Virus record (IMG/VR): IMGVR_UViG_3300017698_000052
Span: 1 to 35,531 of that record
DNA: 35,531 nt
Direction: 5' to 3' (one strand)
From: a virus
The translations under genes and the position numbers were made by a program. Below the pieces are notes generated by a model, which was not told the origin of the DNA, ran no database searches, and saw only the letters and a program-made list of their open reading frames with translations. Below, in pieces: positions 22,528 to 30,687 of this stretch (positions within the stretch are counted from its first letter, which is position 1; each line of letters starts with the position of its first letter).

Positions 22528-24639
22528 ATGCCCGTACTCATCATCGCGCTGCTGCTCCTGCCGTGGCCCTGGGGATCAGCAAGCAACGGGCTCATCTTCC
22601 CGTGGGGGTTCGACATGGCAGGTGAGGCAGACTTCACAATCGCGTCTACCGGCTGGGCCACCAGCGGCACCGCCGACGCATCCAGCACGGGCTTCACCAC
22701 GGTCGGGGCCGACTGGACCCACTCCACCTACGGCGGGGTCAACTCGATCGAGCATGCGGGCGGGTCACTCTCGGTCGTGAACCCGATCGCAGAGGCGACC
22801 ATCACCGCGTTCTTCAACGAGGCCGCGACCGACTCGGTGTACGACTTCGAGTTCGGGTTCTACCTGCGAGGCAAGGGGGCGACCGCTTCCGACTTCAACT
22901 CGTTCCTGTTCTGGCTGGGCGGCACGCACACGGTGTCGCTGAGGCACCTCGGCACCGATGGGCACCTGAACGCGGACGGCTCGCCGAACGCTGTCCGCCT
23001 GTTCGGCAACACGGGCACGCACCGCAACGGCTCGGGCTACATCTTCATGCCCACCGACACGATCATGCGTGGCCGATACCGCGTCACCGAGACGAGCGGG
23101 ACGTACACCGTCGAGTTCTTCGTGAACGATGAACTCATCACCAAGGCCACCGGGCTCGCTCTGTCTGCCGCCAACGCTGGCCGCATGATGGAGTTCCGAT
23201 CACCCGCCACCGGCACCGGGGATGACGACCTGACCTTCGGGCTCACCGGCCCGTTCGTCGGCGAGGAAGACCCCGGCACCACGATCCGCCCGACGACCAG
23301 CCTACAGACCGACACCCGCGTGCGAGCCTTCCCCGTGCCCATGCTCACCGGCTCCGGCTGGTGGACCGATTCGGGCACCGTGACCTACGGGCGTGACATC
23401 GACGAGGGCACCGTCCCGAACATCAATCACCCGATGGTGTTGCAGGCGACCGGCTCGTATCTCGAAACCGCAGCCGAGATCGGCACCCCCATCGTGGCCA
23501 ACAACGGCGCGGGCACGCTGTGGGTCGCCAAGGTCGAACTGTCCGCAGACACGGCTGAGTGGACGCTGAAGATCATGGAGGCTGGCAGCACGGACGCCTA
23601 CATCTCGATCCTGTTCGACTCCGACAACGTGGTCTACATGGGCGAGGGTGCCGAAACGATCACCTACTCGGCTGTCCAGGACTCGGACGGCGGCAACATG
23701 CCGTGGGAATCGGGCGAGAACTACGAGGTTGCCATTCAGTACGCACCCGGCGTGAAGCCGACGCTGGTGCTCCACAAACGATCCGCCACGTTCACCGCAG
23801 AACAGACCGTGTGGGCCGGGCGGCTCACCGCGTGTGCGACCACGGGTGTTCCCACCTCGCTCGGCAAGGTCCGCTCGACGGCGGCGGGCACGGGCACCGT
23901 GGACTTCTCGGGCATCGAACTCAACGCCACCCACTGGGCAGCCCTGTCGTCATCGTGGACACACTCCACCGGATCGGGCTACGGCGGGTCGAGCCATGTT
24001 GTCAGCCGTGCTCTATTCGACGGCATGGCCATCGGGTGGGGCGGCGAGATCCCCGGACTGGAACGATCCCGCGACCACTACCACGATTATTGTGCGTGGG
24101 GCCGATCGGGTGCCGACTTCGCGGACTGGGAGACGAACAACCCGTCGTGGGCTGACCTGCTCCCGTTCCTGCCCGCGACCCGCCTCGTCGGGGTGGACAC
24201 GATGGTCAACCACCTTGCCGCCCAGCGAACGAACGGCACCGCAGCGATCAACACCGCACGCGATCAGGTCGAGGCCCAGGTCCAACGCATCATCGACGCG
24301 GCGAAGACGAGCGACGTTCGGGTCGATGGCATGGACCAGTTCCCGATGCCGGTCGGCGAGGTTGGCGGGCTGAACTACCCGCAGGACGTGGCCGACGCCA
24401 TGACCGCCCTGAACGCCACGCTGCTCGCCAACTTCACGGCGGCGGGCAGGCCCGACCTGTTCACATGGGCACCCATCATCACGGGCAAGGTCGAGTCAGA
24501 CTTCTACACGGCGGCAACCGACGACACCCACTATGACGACGACGGGGACATGCTGGCGTACCGCCTGAGCGAGAGCGAGAAGGCGAGCGTGGGCACGGCG
24601 AGCACAACCCGCAGCCGCGACCGGGGGAGGGGCAGGTGA
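22528..24639 (+). CDS. Secreted 703-aa protein with C-terminal SGNH/GDSL-like hydrolase region
   Basis: N-terminal signal-like MPVLIIALLLLPWPWGSASNG. C-terminal blocks in SGNH order: ALSSSW, AWGRSGADF, VDTMVNH, DDTHYDDDG (DxxH). Confidence 0.5.
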   Translation: MPVLIIALLLLPWPWGSASNGLIFPWGFDMAGEADFTIASTGWATSGTADASSTGFTTVGADWTHSTYGGVNSIEHAGGSLSVVNPIAEATITAFFNEAATDSVYDFEFGFYLRGKGATASDFNSFLFWLGGTHTVSLRHLGTDGHLNADGSPNAVRLFGNTGTHRNGSGYIFMPTDTIMRGRYRVTETSGTYTVEFFVNDELITKATGLALSAANAGRMMEFRSPATGTGDDDLTFGLTGPFVGEEDPGTTIRPTTSLQTDTRVRAFPVPMLTGSGWWTDSGTVTYGRDIDEGTVPNINHPMVLQATGSYLETAAEIGTPIVANNGAGTLWVAKVELSADTAEWTLKIMEAGSTDAYISILFDSDNVVYMGEGAETITYSAVQDSDGGNMPWESGENYEVAIQYAPGVKPTLVLHKRSATFTAEQTVWAGRLTACATTGVPTSLGKVRSTAAGTGTVDFSGIELNATHWAALSSSWTHSTGSGYGGSSHVVSRALFDGMAIGWGGEIPGLERSRDHYHDYCAWGRSGADFADWETNNPSWADLLPFLPATRLVGVDTMVNHLAAQRTNGTAAINTARDQVEAQVQRIIDAAKTSDVRVDGMDQFPMPVGEVGGLNYPQDVADAMTALNATLLANFTAAGRPDLFTWAPIITGKVESDFYTAATDDTHYDDDGDMLAYRLSESEKASVGTASTTRSRDRGRGR

Positions 24640-25082
24640 TGGCGAGGCCACGCATATACACCCCCGAACTGGCGGCGAACATCTGCGAGCGAATCGCGGC
24701 AGGGGAATCGCTGCGGGAGATATGCGAGCCCGACACAATGCCCAGCCGTGAGACGGTCAGAAGGTGGATTCTGCACAACGACGGGGCGATTGAGGGGGAA
24801 ACGGACAGCGGGTTTAGTGGCCAATACGCACGCGCGAAGATGGCGTCGGCCGAGGCGTTCGAGGATCGCATCATGGCGAACTGCGACGCGCTCGAATCCG
24901 ACGCCCTGACGATGGCGGCTGCGACGGGGCGGAAGTCTGCGGCTGAGCTGCTGTTCAAGCTCGCCGCGATCCGGGCACCAAAGACGCACGGCGACCTGCA
25001 GAAACACGAGCACACCGGCTCGGGCGGCTCGCCGCTGAGGGTGGTTATCGAGATGCCGGAAGGCACAGAAGGGAACGAATGA
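24639..25082 (+). CDS. terS: Terminase small subunit
   Basis: N-terminal HTH pattern RIYTPELAANICERIAAGESLREIC...PSRETVRRWI, then YARAK...AFEDRI. Lies in the packaging operon upstream of terL. ATG at 24639 (TGATG overlap); alternative GTG at 24636. Confidence 0.65.
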   Translation: MARPRIYTPELAANICERIAAGESLREICEPDTMPSRETVRRWILHNDGAIEGETDSGFSGQYARAKMASAEAFEDRIMANCDALESDALTMAAATGRKSAAELLFKLAAIRAPKTHGDLQKHEHTGSGGSPLRVVIEMPEGTEGNE

Positions 25083-25615
25083 CCTGTATCGCTGGGCTCA
25101 TCCATAACGGCAGGGCGTACGTTGGCGCTGACTCACAGACCACGTGGGGGTACGTCAAGCACGACCACACCACCAAGGTGTTCCGGGTCGGCGACGCGAT
25201 CATGGCCGGGTGCGGGCGTGCGGCGCTGAGTGCCGCGTTTCAGCACCGCCTTGCGGCACCCGATGTGCCCGAGGGCAAAGAGGACCACTGGTTGTTGGTC
25301 ACGCTCCCGGACGCGATGCGGGAGTGCGTGAAGTCGATCGGGCTGTGGAAGGATGGCGACCTTTCGGGCGGCGGCGCGTACATCGTTGGGTGGCGTGGAC
25401 GATTGGTGGCGATTGATTGCCACCTTGCCGCGTACCCGGTGCCCGCGTTCACATCGTTCGGCTCGGGCGGCGAGGTCGCTATCGGTGCCCTCGAAGTGCT
25501 GGGCGATAAGGGCAAGCCCCGCGAACGCCTGAACCGTGCGATCCAGGCCGCGTGTCGGTGGTCGGTGGGCGTGGGTGGGGAAGTGCAGATCATTGCGGAG
25601 GGTGACACCGACTGA
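25079..25615 (+). CDS. HslV / proteasome beta-subunit-like Ntn hydrolase (178 aa)
   Basis: M-T-C-IAGL start places Thr at position 2, as in Ntn nucleophiles. NGRAYVGADSQTTWG...TTKVFRV...AGCGRAA parallels HslV [23 protein letters not shown]...KKVRRL...AGFAGG. SFGSGGEVAIGALEVL parallels AIGSGGPYAQAAARAL. Confidence 0.65.
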   Translation: MTCIAGLIHNGRAYVGADSQTTWGYVKHDHTTKVFRVGDAIMAGCGRAALSAAFQHRLAAPDVPEGKEDHWLLVTLPDAMRECVKSIGLWKDGDLSGGGAYIVGWRGRLVAIDCHLAAYPVPAFTSFGSGGEVAIGALEVLGDKGKPRERLNRAIQAACRWSVGVGGEVQIIAEGDTD

Positions 25616-26910
25616 TGGTCGCAGAGGTCCGCCACAAACTCCTGCCCAAGCAGGCCGAGCTGGTGCGGAGCACCGAGCGGCACCGGGTCTACTCCGGGGC
25701 TGTCGGTGCGGGCAAGTCGCGGGCGTTGTGCGTCGCGGCCATCATGCACGTCGCGGGCCGTCCCGAGGCCCGGTTCGGGCTGTTCCGCAAGACGCTGGTG
25801 GGGCTCAAGAAGTCCACGCTCAAGACGCTGATCGAGGGCGACGGCAAGGCCCCGCCCGTCCTGCCGCCCGGCTCCTACAAGCACAACAAGAACGACGCGG
25901 AGATCAAGGTCAACGGGGGCGGCTCGATCCTGTACTCGGGCGTTGAGACACCCGAGGCGGTGCGGTCGATGAACCTGAGCCAGGCGGGCATCGACGAGGT
26001 GACCGAGCTCCAGTTCGACGACTACAACGCGGTGGACGACCGGGTGCGGCTCGAGGTCGGCGTCCCGCTCGCCATCCTGAGCGTGACGAACCCCGGCACC
26101 CCGTCGCACTGGCTCGCCAAGATGATGGGCCTGAGCCCGGACAAGCAGACGCCCGATCCCGACTGCCGCCTGATCCTGACGCGGACGAGCGACAACACGT
26201 ACCTGCCCGCGTCCTACCTGCAGTCGTTCGCACGGCACGAGGGCACGGTGTACTACCGCCGCATGTTCCTGGGCGAGTGGTGCGGCTCCGAGGGCATGGT
26301 CTATGACCGCTTCCTGCGGGACACGCACGTGCGCCCGACGGTGGGCACGCCCAAGTACCGGATCTTGGGTGTGGACGACGGGTACACCGACCCGTTCACG
26401 GTGCTGGATTTCCATGTCGATTCGGACAGCCGCGTCCACACCGCCCGCGAGGTGTACGAGACCGGGCTCATCATGTCCGAGAAGGTCAAGCGGGTTCAGG
26501 CGTGGTCGGACGACGACACGCTGGTCATCGTGGATTCGGCGGCCCCGGACCTGATCGAATCGCTGCGGCGTGCGGGCGTGAACGCGACCCCCGCCGACAA
26601 GGGGCCGGGCTCGATCAACTTCGGGATCAACCTGGTGCAGACGCGGCTCGCGACCGACGACCGGGGCGTCCCGTCGCTGACCGTCGATCCGCAGTGCGTG
26701 AACACGATCCGCGAATACGAGACGTACGAGTGGGACACGCGGCACGGCGTGCTGAAGGACAAGCCCATCGACCGGGACAACCACGCGATGGACCCGACGC
26801 GGTACGTCGTCAAGCACCTCGACTCCGGGCACGCCCCGATGCCGTCTGCGGTTGGGTACGGCGACGAGTCGGCGGTGGTGGACGACGAGCATATGTGGAG
26901 CAACGCATGA
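25615..26910 (+). CDS. terL: Terminase large subunit
   Basis: Walker A YSGAVGAGKS, Walker B/coupling AGIDEVTE, C-terminal nuclease-like RILGVDDGYTDP...VIVDSA...DNHAMDP. Confidence 0.85.
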   Translation: MVAEVRHKLLPKQAELVRSTERHRVYSGAVGAGKSRALCVAAIMHVAGRPEARFGLFRKTLVGLKKSTLKTLIEGDGKAPPVLPPGSYKHNKNDAEIKVNGGGSILYSGVETPEAVRSMNLSQAGIDEVTELQFDDYNAVDDRVRLEVGVPLAILSVTNPGTPSHWLAKMMGLSPDKQTPDPDCRLILTRTSDNTYLPASYLQSFARHEGTVYYRRMFLGEWCGSEGMVYDRFLRDTHVRPTVGTPKYRILGVDDGYTDPFTVLDFHVDSDSRVHTAREVYETGLIMSEKVKRVQAWSDDDTLVIVDSAAPDLIESLRRAGVNATPADKGPGSINFGINLVQTRLATDDRGVPSLTVDPQCVNTIREYETYEWDTRHGVLKDKPIDRDNHAMDPTRYVVKHLDSGHAPMPSAVGYGDESAVVDDEHMWSNA

Positions 26911-26935
26911 GCGAATACACACGAAAGGACGAAGC

Positions 26936-27148
26936 ATGAGCGATCCAATGACAAACGCCAAGCTGGACCGGATCGAGAAGGCGATCGGGAACCTCGTTGA
27001 GATGCAGCTTCGGTGGAAGAAGGAAACCGACGAGAGGTGGGAGAAGGCGGATGCCCAAAACGCTCAATACAAGGAAGACCGCGAGAAGTGGAAGCGGGAC
27101 CACGAAGAGTGGGAAAAAGAGGCGGAAGCGGCAAGGGCTGGCGGATGA
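26936..27148 (+). CDS. Small charged coiled-coil protein (70 aa)
   Basis: ATG at 26936 with AAAGGA upstream. W/K/E-rich product (RWKKETDERWEKAD...EKWKRDHEEWEKE). Confidence 0.4.
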   Translation: MSDPMTNAKLDRIEKAIGNLVEMQLRWKKETDERWEKADAQNAQYKEDREKWKRDHEEWEKEAEAARAGG

Positions 27149-27208
27149 CGATCGGCCCACGGAGCAACGCGTGAACCACAACCCCGCCCAACGGGCGATC
27201 GAGGCACA

Positions 27209-29887
27209 ATGGGCTTCCTGACCAAACGACGGCCCGAGACCAAGGCGGTGCCGAGCACCGCGCCGTACATGGACGCGCTCGTCACACTCCGTGACCGGAG
27301 CATGTCCAAGTTCAGCCGAAACGTCATGGCAATCGCCCTGATGAAAGAGGCGCGGGGGTACACGTTCAATTGCGCCCACATCCGGGCGATGGCGGCTGCA
27401 CAACAGACGCTGCAACTGTACCGATCGGCACCAGCGACAAGCCGGTCCGCAAAGTCCGTGAAGGATGCGAGGCGGCGAGGCGTAACGCTTGAGGTCCGCA
27501 CCCCTGTGCGGGCGTCGAAAAAGCACAGGATGCTCCGTGGCGACTACGGGACGAACGCACAGAAGGCGGTCGCGTGGCAGGGCGTGGGCGGCGAGGTGTC
27601 CGAGGTCACCAACCACGATGTGCTCAACCTGCTGGCACGCCCCAACCCGCTCCAGACGGGCGTATCCGCCGCCTACCAGACGTTCCTGATGGCGGGGCTG
27701 ACCGGCGAGATGTTCCATGTCGCCGTGGGCAAGGGCACGCCGCTGCAACTGTGGCCGATGCTGCCGCAGTACACGAACCCGGTCCCGAGCCCCGATGATG
27801 TTGTTGGCAAATACATCTATGGCCGGGACCGATCCAACCTGTTCGAGGTCGAGGCCGAGCACGTCCTGCACTACAAGAACGCGGACCACCCGGATGACCC
27901 GTACCACGGACTCGGCCCGCTGCACCCGCAGGGGTGCTACCAGGCGGCTCGGATCGTCAACAGCAACGAGGACTTCGATTACGAGCTGATCGAGAACGGC
28001 AACATGCCGATGGCGTTCATCTCGCTCGACCCCGTGATCTACGGCGACACGATGATCGAGAAGTTCAAGAAGTACCTCGACCAGACGACGCGTGGCGTTG
28101 CCGGCAAGGTCAAGGCTGTTGTGGGCGCGGGCATGTCGGTCACCACCGCGATGCCCAACGCCAAAGACCTGCAGAGCATCGAGAAACTCGCCATCCACAT
28201 GGCGACGATCCGCAACGCGTACGGCGTGTCGGAATCCATGCTCGACATGAACGACGCCAACCTCGCATCGGCGACGGTCGGCAGCGACCAGTTCCTGAGC
28301 CTGACGCTGTGGCCGATCCTGTGCCAGCACGCGGACTTCCTGACCGAGCGGCTGCTGCCGATGTTCGGGCTGGAGCCGGGCGAGTACTGGTTCGCGTACG
28401 AGAACCCGCTGCTGGCCGACCTGCAGAAAGAGGCGGCCATCGCGGAGATCGACCTGCGGAGCGGGGTGCGGAGCATCAACGAGGTTCGTGAGGAGCGGAT
28501 GCTGGACCCGGTGCCTGACGGCGACGTGTACCGGATCAACGGGGTTCCGCTGGCGGAGGCTGGTGCACAGCCGTTCGGATCGTTCGGCCCGTTCGGATCG
28601 TTCCCGAGCCAGCCCGTTCCGACAGACAAGCCGGGAGAGGAGGCATCCGTGCCCGCACCACAGAAGATCGAAGAGACGGCGCTGAACGGTGCCCAGATCG
28701 CCCAGCTCGTTGGGCTTGCCGAGAAGGTGGGGCTTGGCCTCATCACCCGGGACGGGGCGCTTGCGATCGCACAGGCATCGTTCCCCGGCACGCCTCCCGA
28801 GAAGCTGACGGCGATCTTCTCGAAGCTGGTCGAGGGCGACCCGGTCGCGGAAGAAGAAACGGATACCGTGCCCGTGGTGGGTACGCTTGACGCGAAGGCG
28901 GTGGATGATGGAAACGATGGTGACGGTGGTACAGGTGGAGACGTGGGGTGCGTGGATGATGAAGCAGGAGCCGATATCGTTCTGGGAGGGGGAGCCGGTG
29001 TACAAGTATCCGAATTGCCCGTTTGCAAACTCTCTGGTCGCCATGCCCGACCCGACCCCTTCGACCTACGCGACTGCGGTTGCAGCATCCGAACCAAAGA
29101 CGACGACGACGACATCGAAGCCGTAGTCGTCCCGTCGGAGTTCATCAGCCCAGAGGACGCGGCCAAGCAGACGGCGGCGCTGCGGGCCGGTGTGCGGTCG
29201 CTGCAGGGCACGATCGCGGACTTCATCCTCGATGCCCAAGAGGACGCGGCGGGGCAGATCCGTCGCGGTGTGGCGATCGACCTGGCATCGCTCGAGGATG
29301 GGCTGGCGACGGCGCTTGAGCCCGCGTTCGCTGAGATGTACACGGCGGGGTTTGACCTTGCCGGGCTGGAGTTCGACGACGCGGGGACGTTCGAGGCCCC
29401 GAACCCCGAGGCGCTCGCGGAGGCCCAGAGCAGCCTTGTGCGGCAGTTGAGCACGGATATCAGCGACCACACCGCACAGGCCATCGAGGCCCGCGTGCAG
29501 GCCGGTATCGGCGAGGGGCAGAGCGCCGCCCAGATGGCCGACGCAATCGAGGCCGACACCGAGTTCGCCAGTTACCGGGCCGAGCGGATCGCCCGCACCG
29601 AGGTGTCGGACGCGACGAACGCGGGCAAGGTGGCCCGGTACAAAGAGGCCGGTGTGACCACGAAGTATTGGGTGAACGCACCCGGCGCGAGCGCCGTGCA
29701 CCAGGCCATCGCCGCGATGCACTCGGACGGCGTGCCGATCGACGAACCGTTCATCACGGCGGGCACCACGATCACTGCGGGCGGGAAGTCCGAGAATTAC
29801 ACCCGCGACATCTACCACCCGCCCGCGCGACCGAACTGCCGGTGCTCGGTGCAGGCGCGGAAGGCGAACGCCACGGAGGGCGCATGA
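27209..29887 (+). CDS. Portal protein (HK97 family) fused to a Mu F / SPP1 gp7-like minor head domain
   Basis: Portal region NLLARPNP...HYKNADHPDDPYHGLGPL...NGNMPMAFISL...ATIRNAYGV...INEVREE. C-terminal MuF region YRAERIARTEVSDATNAG...YWVNAPGA...HPPARPNCRCSV. Confidence 0.85.
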   Translation: MGFLTKRRPETKAVPSTAPYMDALVTLRDRSMSKFSRNVMAIALMKEARGYTFNCAHIRAMAAAQQTLQLYRSAPATSRSAKSVKDARRRGVTLEVRTPVRASKKHRMLRGDYGTNAQKAVAWQGVGGEVSEVTNHDVLNLLARPNPLQTGVSAAYQTFLMAGLTGEMFHVAVGKGTPLQLWPMLPQYTNPVPSPDDVVGKYIYGRDRSNLFEVEAEHVLHYKNADHPDDPYHGLGPLHPQGCYQAARIVNSNEDFDYELIENGNMPMAFISLDPVIYGDTMIEKFKKYLDQTTRGVAGKVKAVVGAGMSVTTAMPNAKDLQSIEKLAIHMATIRNAYGVSESMLDMNDANLASATVGSDQFLSLTLWPILCQHADFLTERLLPMFGLEPGEYWFAYENPLLADLQKEAAIAEIDLRSGVRSINEVREERMLDPVPDGDVYRINGVPLAEAGAQPFGSFGPFGSFPSQPVPTDKPGEEASVPAPQKIEETALNGAQIAQLVGLAEKVGLGLITRDGALAIAQASFPGTPPEKLTAIFSKLVEGDPVAEEETDTVPVVGTLDAKAVDDGNDGDGGTGGDVGCVDDEAGADIVLGGGAGVQVSELPVCKLSGRHARPDPFDLRDCGCSIRTKDDDDDIEAVVVPSEFISPEDAAKQTAALRAGVRSLQGTIADFILDAQEDAAGQIRRGVAIDLASLEDGLATALEPAFAEMYTAGFDLAGLEFDDAGTFEAPNPEALAEAQSSLVRQLSTDISDHTAQAIEARVQAGIGEGQSAAQMADAIEADTEFASYRAERIARTEVSDATNAGKVARYKEAGVTTKYWVNAPGASAVHQAIAAMHSDGVPIDEPFITAGTTITAGGKSENYTRDIYHPPARPNCRCSVQARKANATEGA

Positions 29888-30525
29888 ACGAGGTCAAAGA
29901 GACAATCATCGAGCGGATCAGAAAGCGGCACCCGGCGTTTGCAAAGAGCAAGTCCGTCGGCGTGTCCTTGCCGGGTGCCGTGCCAACCGCGATCAAGACG
30001 ACAAAGGACAACAAGCGGAATGTGCTTGTGACGGCCAACACAACCGGGGTTGATTGTGATAGCGAGGTCGTGCTCCCTTACGGTGCTCAACTTGGGTACT
30101 TTGGTCTGAACCGAAGGGTCTTTGTTGACCACGACTATAAGTTCTGGGATATGTGCGGCGGCGTGCGGACCGGGTGGCCCACGATGGTCAACGGGGCATG
30201 GGATGTGCTGTTCGCCACGCGACGATCTGCGGTGGGCGATCAGGTGCTCAAGGATGCCGAGGATTTCGGCATCTCGGTCAGCATCGGGTTCGACGCGATC
30301 GACGTGGGGCCGCCAACCCCCGAAGAGGTGGAGAAGTACGGCGGCGGCGAGTCGTTCCGGTCGATCGTTCGCCAATGGGAATGGATCGAGCTGTCGGTGA
30401 CGTATATGCCGTGTCTCGTTCATGCCCGGCAGCCGCACGCGGTGGGGTTTGAGCCTGCGCCGGTGGCGGGTAAAACCGTGACCGTCACCCCGTTTGGAGT
30501 TTCTGTCACACAATCCGTTGCATAG
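29884..30525 (+). CDS. Prohead protease (HK97 / S78 family)
   Basis: ATGA overlap with the portal gene. VFVDHDY (His), ISVSIGF (Ser), WEWIELSVTYMPC. Internal start of ORF-track entry 29668..30525. Confidence 0.75.
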   Translation: MNEVKETIIERIRKRHPAFAKSKSVGVSLPGAVPTAIKTTKDNKRNVLVTANTTGVDCDSEVVLPYGAQLGYFGLNRRVFVDHDYKFWDMCGGVRTGWPTMVNGAWDVLFATRRSAVGDQVLKDAEDFGISVSIGFDAIDVGPPTPEEVEKYGGGESFRSIVRQWEWIELSVTYMPCLVHARQPHAVGFEPAPVAGKTVTVTPFGVSVTQSVA

Positions 30526-30537
30526 GCGGGGATTGTC

Positions 30538-30546
30538 TGGTACGAT
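30538..30546 (+). promoter_or_regulatory. TGGTACGAT, extended -10-like element in the protease-capsid gap
   Basis: One of four intergenic TGGTACnnn occurrences; precedes the structured capsid leader. Confidence 0.35.
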
Positions 30547-30687
30547 ATGAGCGACGGCAGGTGCCGTCGACATCGGGCATTCGCCCAACGATCAACAGCA
30601 ACACCTTGCTGTGAACAGCCATAGGGCCTTCACAGCAACAGCGGAGCCTTGATCGGGAACCATCGTTCTCGATTTGGAGGCTTCGCC

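Noticed and set aside
26907-26939. 10-codon mini-ORF (MSEYTRKDEA) overlapping the terL stop
   Set aside because: Too short to support. It most likely just carries the RBS region for the 26936 gene.
28571-28603. Exact 15-nt repeat with 18-nt period
   Set aside because: Not a regulatory or CRISPR-like element. It lies inside the portal-MuF ORF and simply encodes PFGSFGPFGSF in the interdomain linker.
25240-29044. Very long minus-strand ORFs (573 aa at 25240..26961, 744 aa at 26810..29044; also 6036..7298, 7341..8600, 14285..15610, 19827..20936)
   Set aside because: They lie antisense to genes with clear family motifs and translate to R/G/P/H-rich low-complexity sequence. Long open antisense frames are expected at this GC content.
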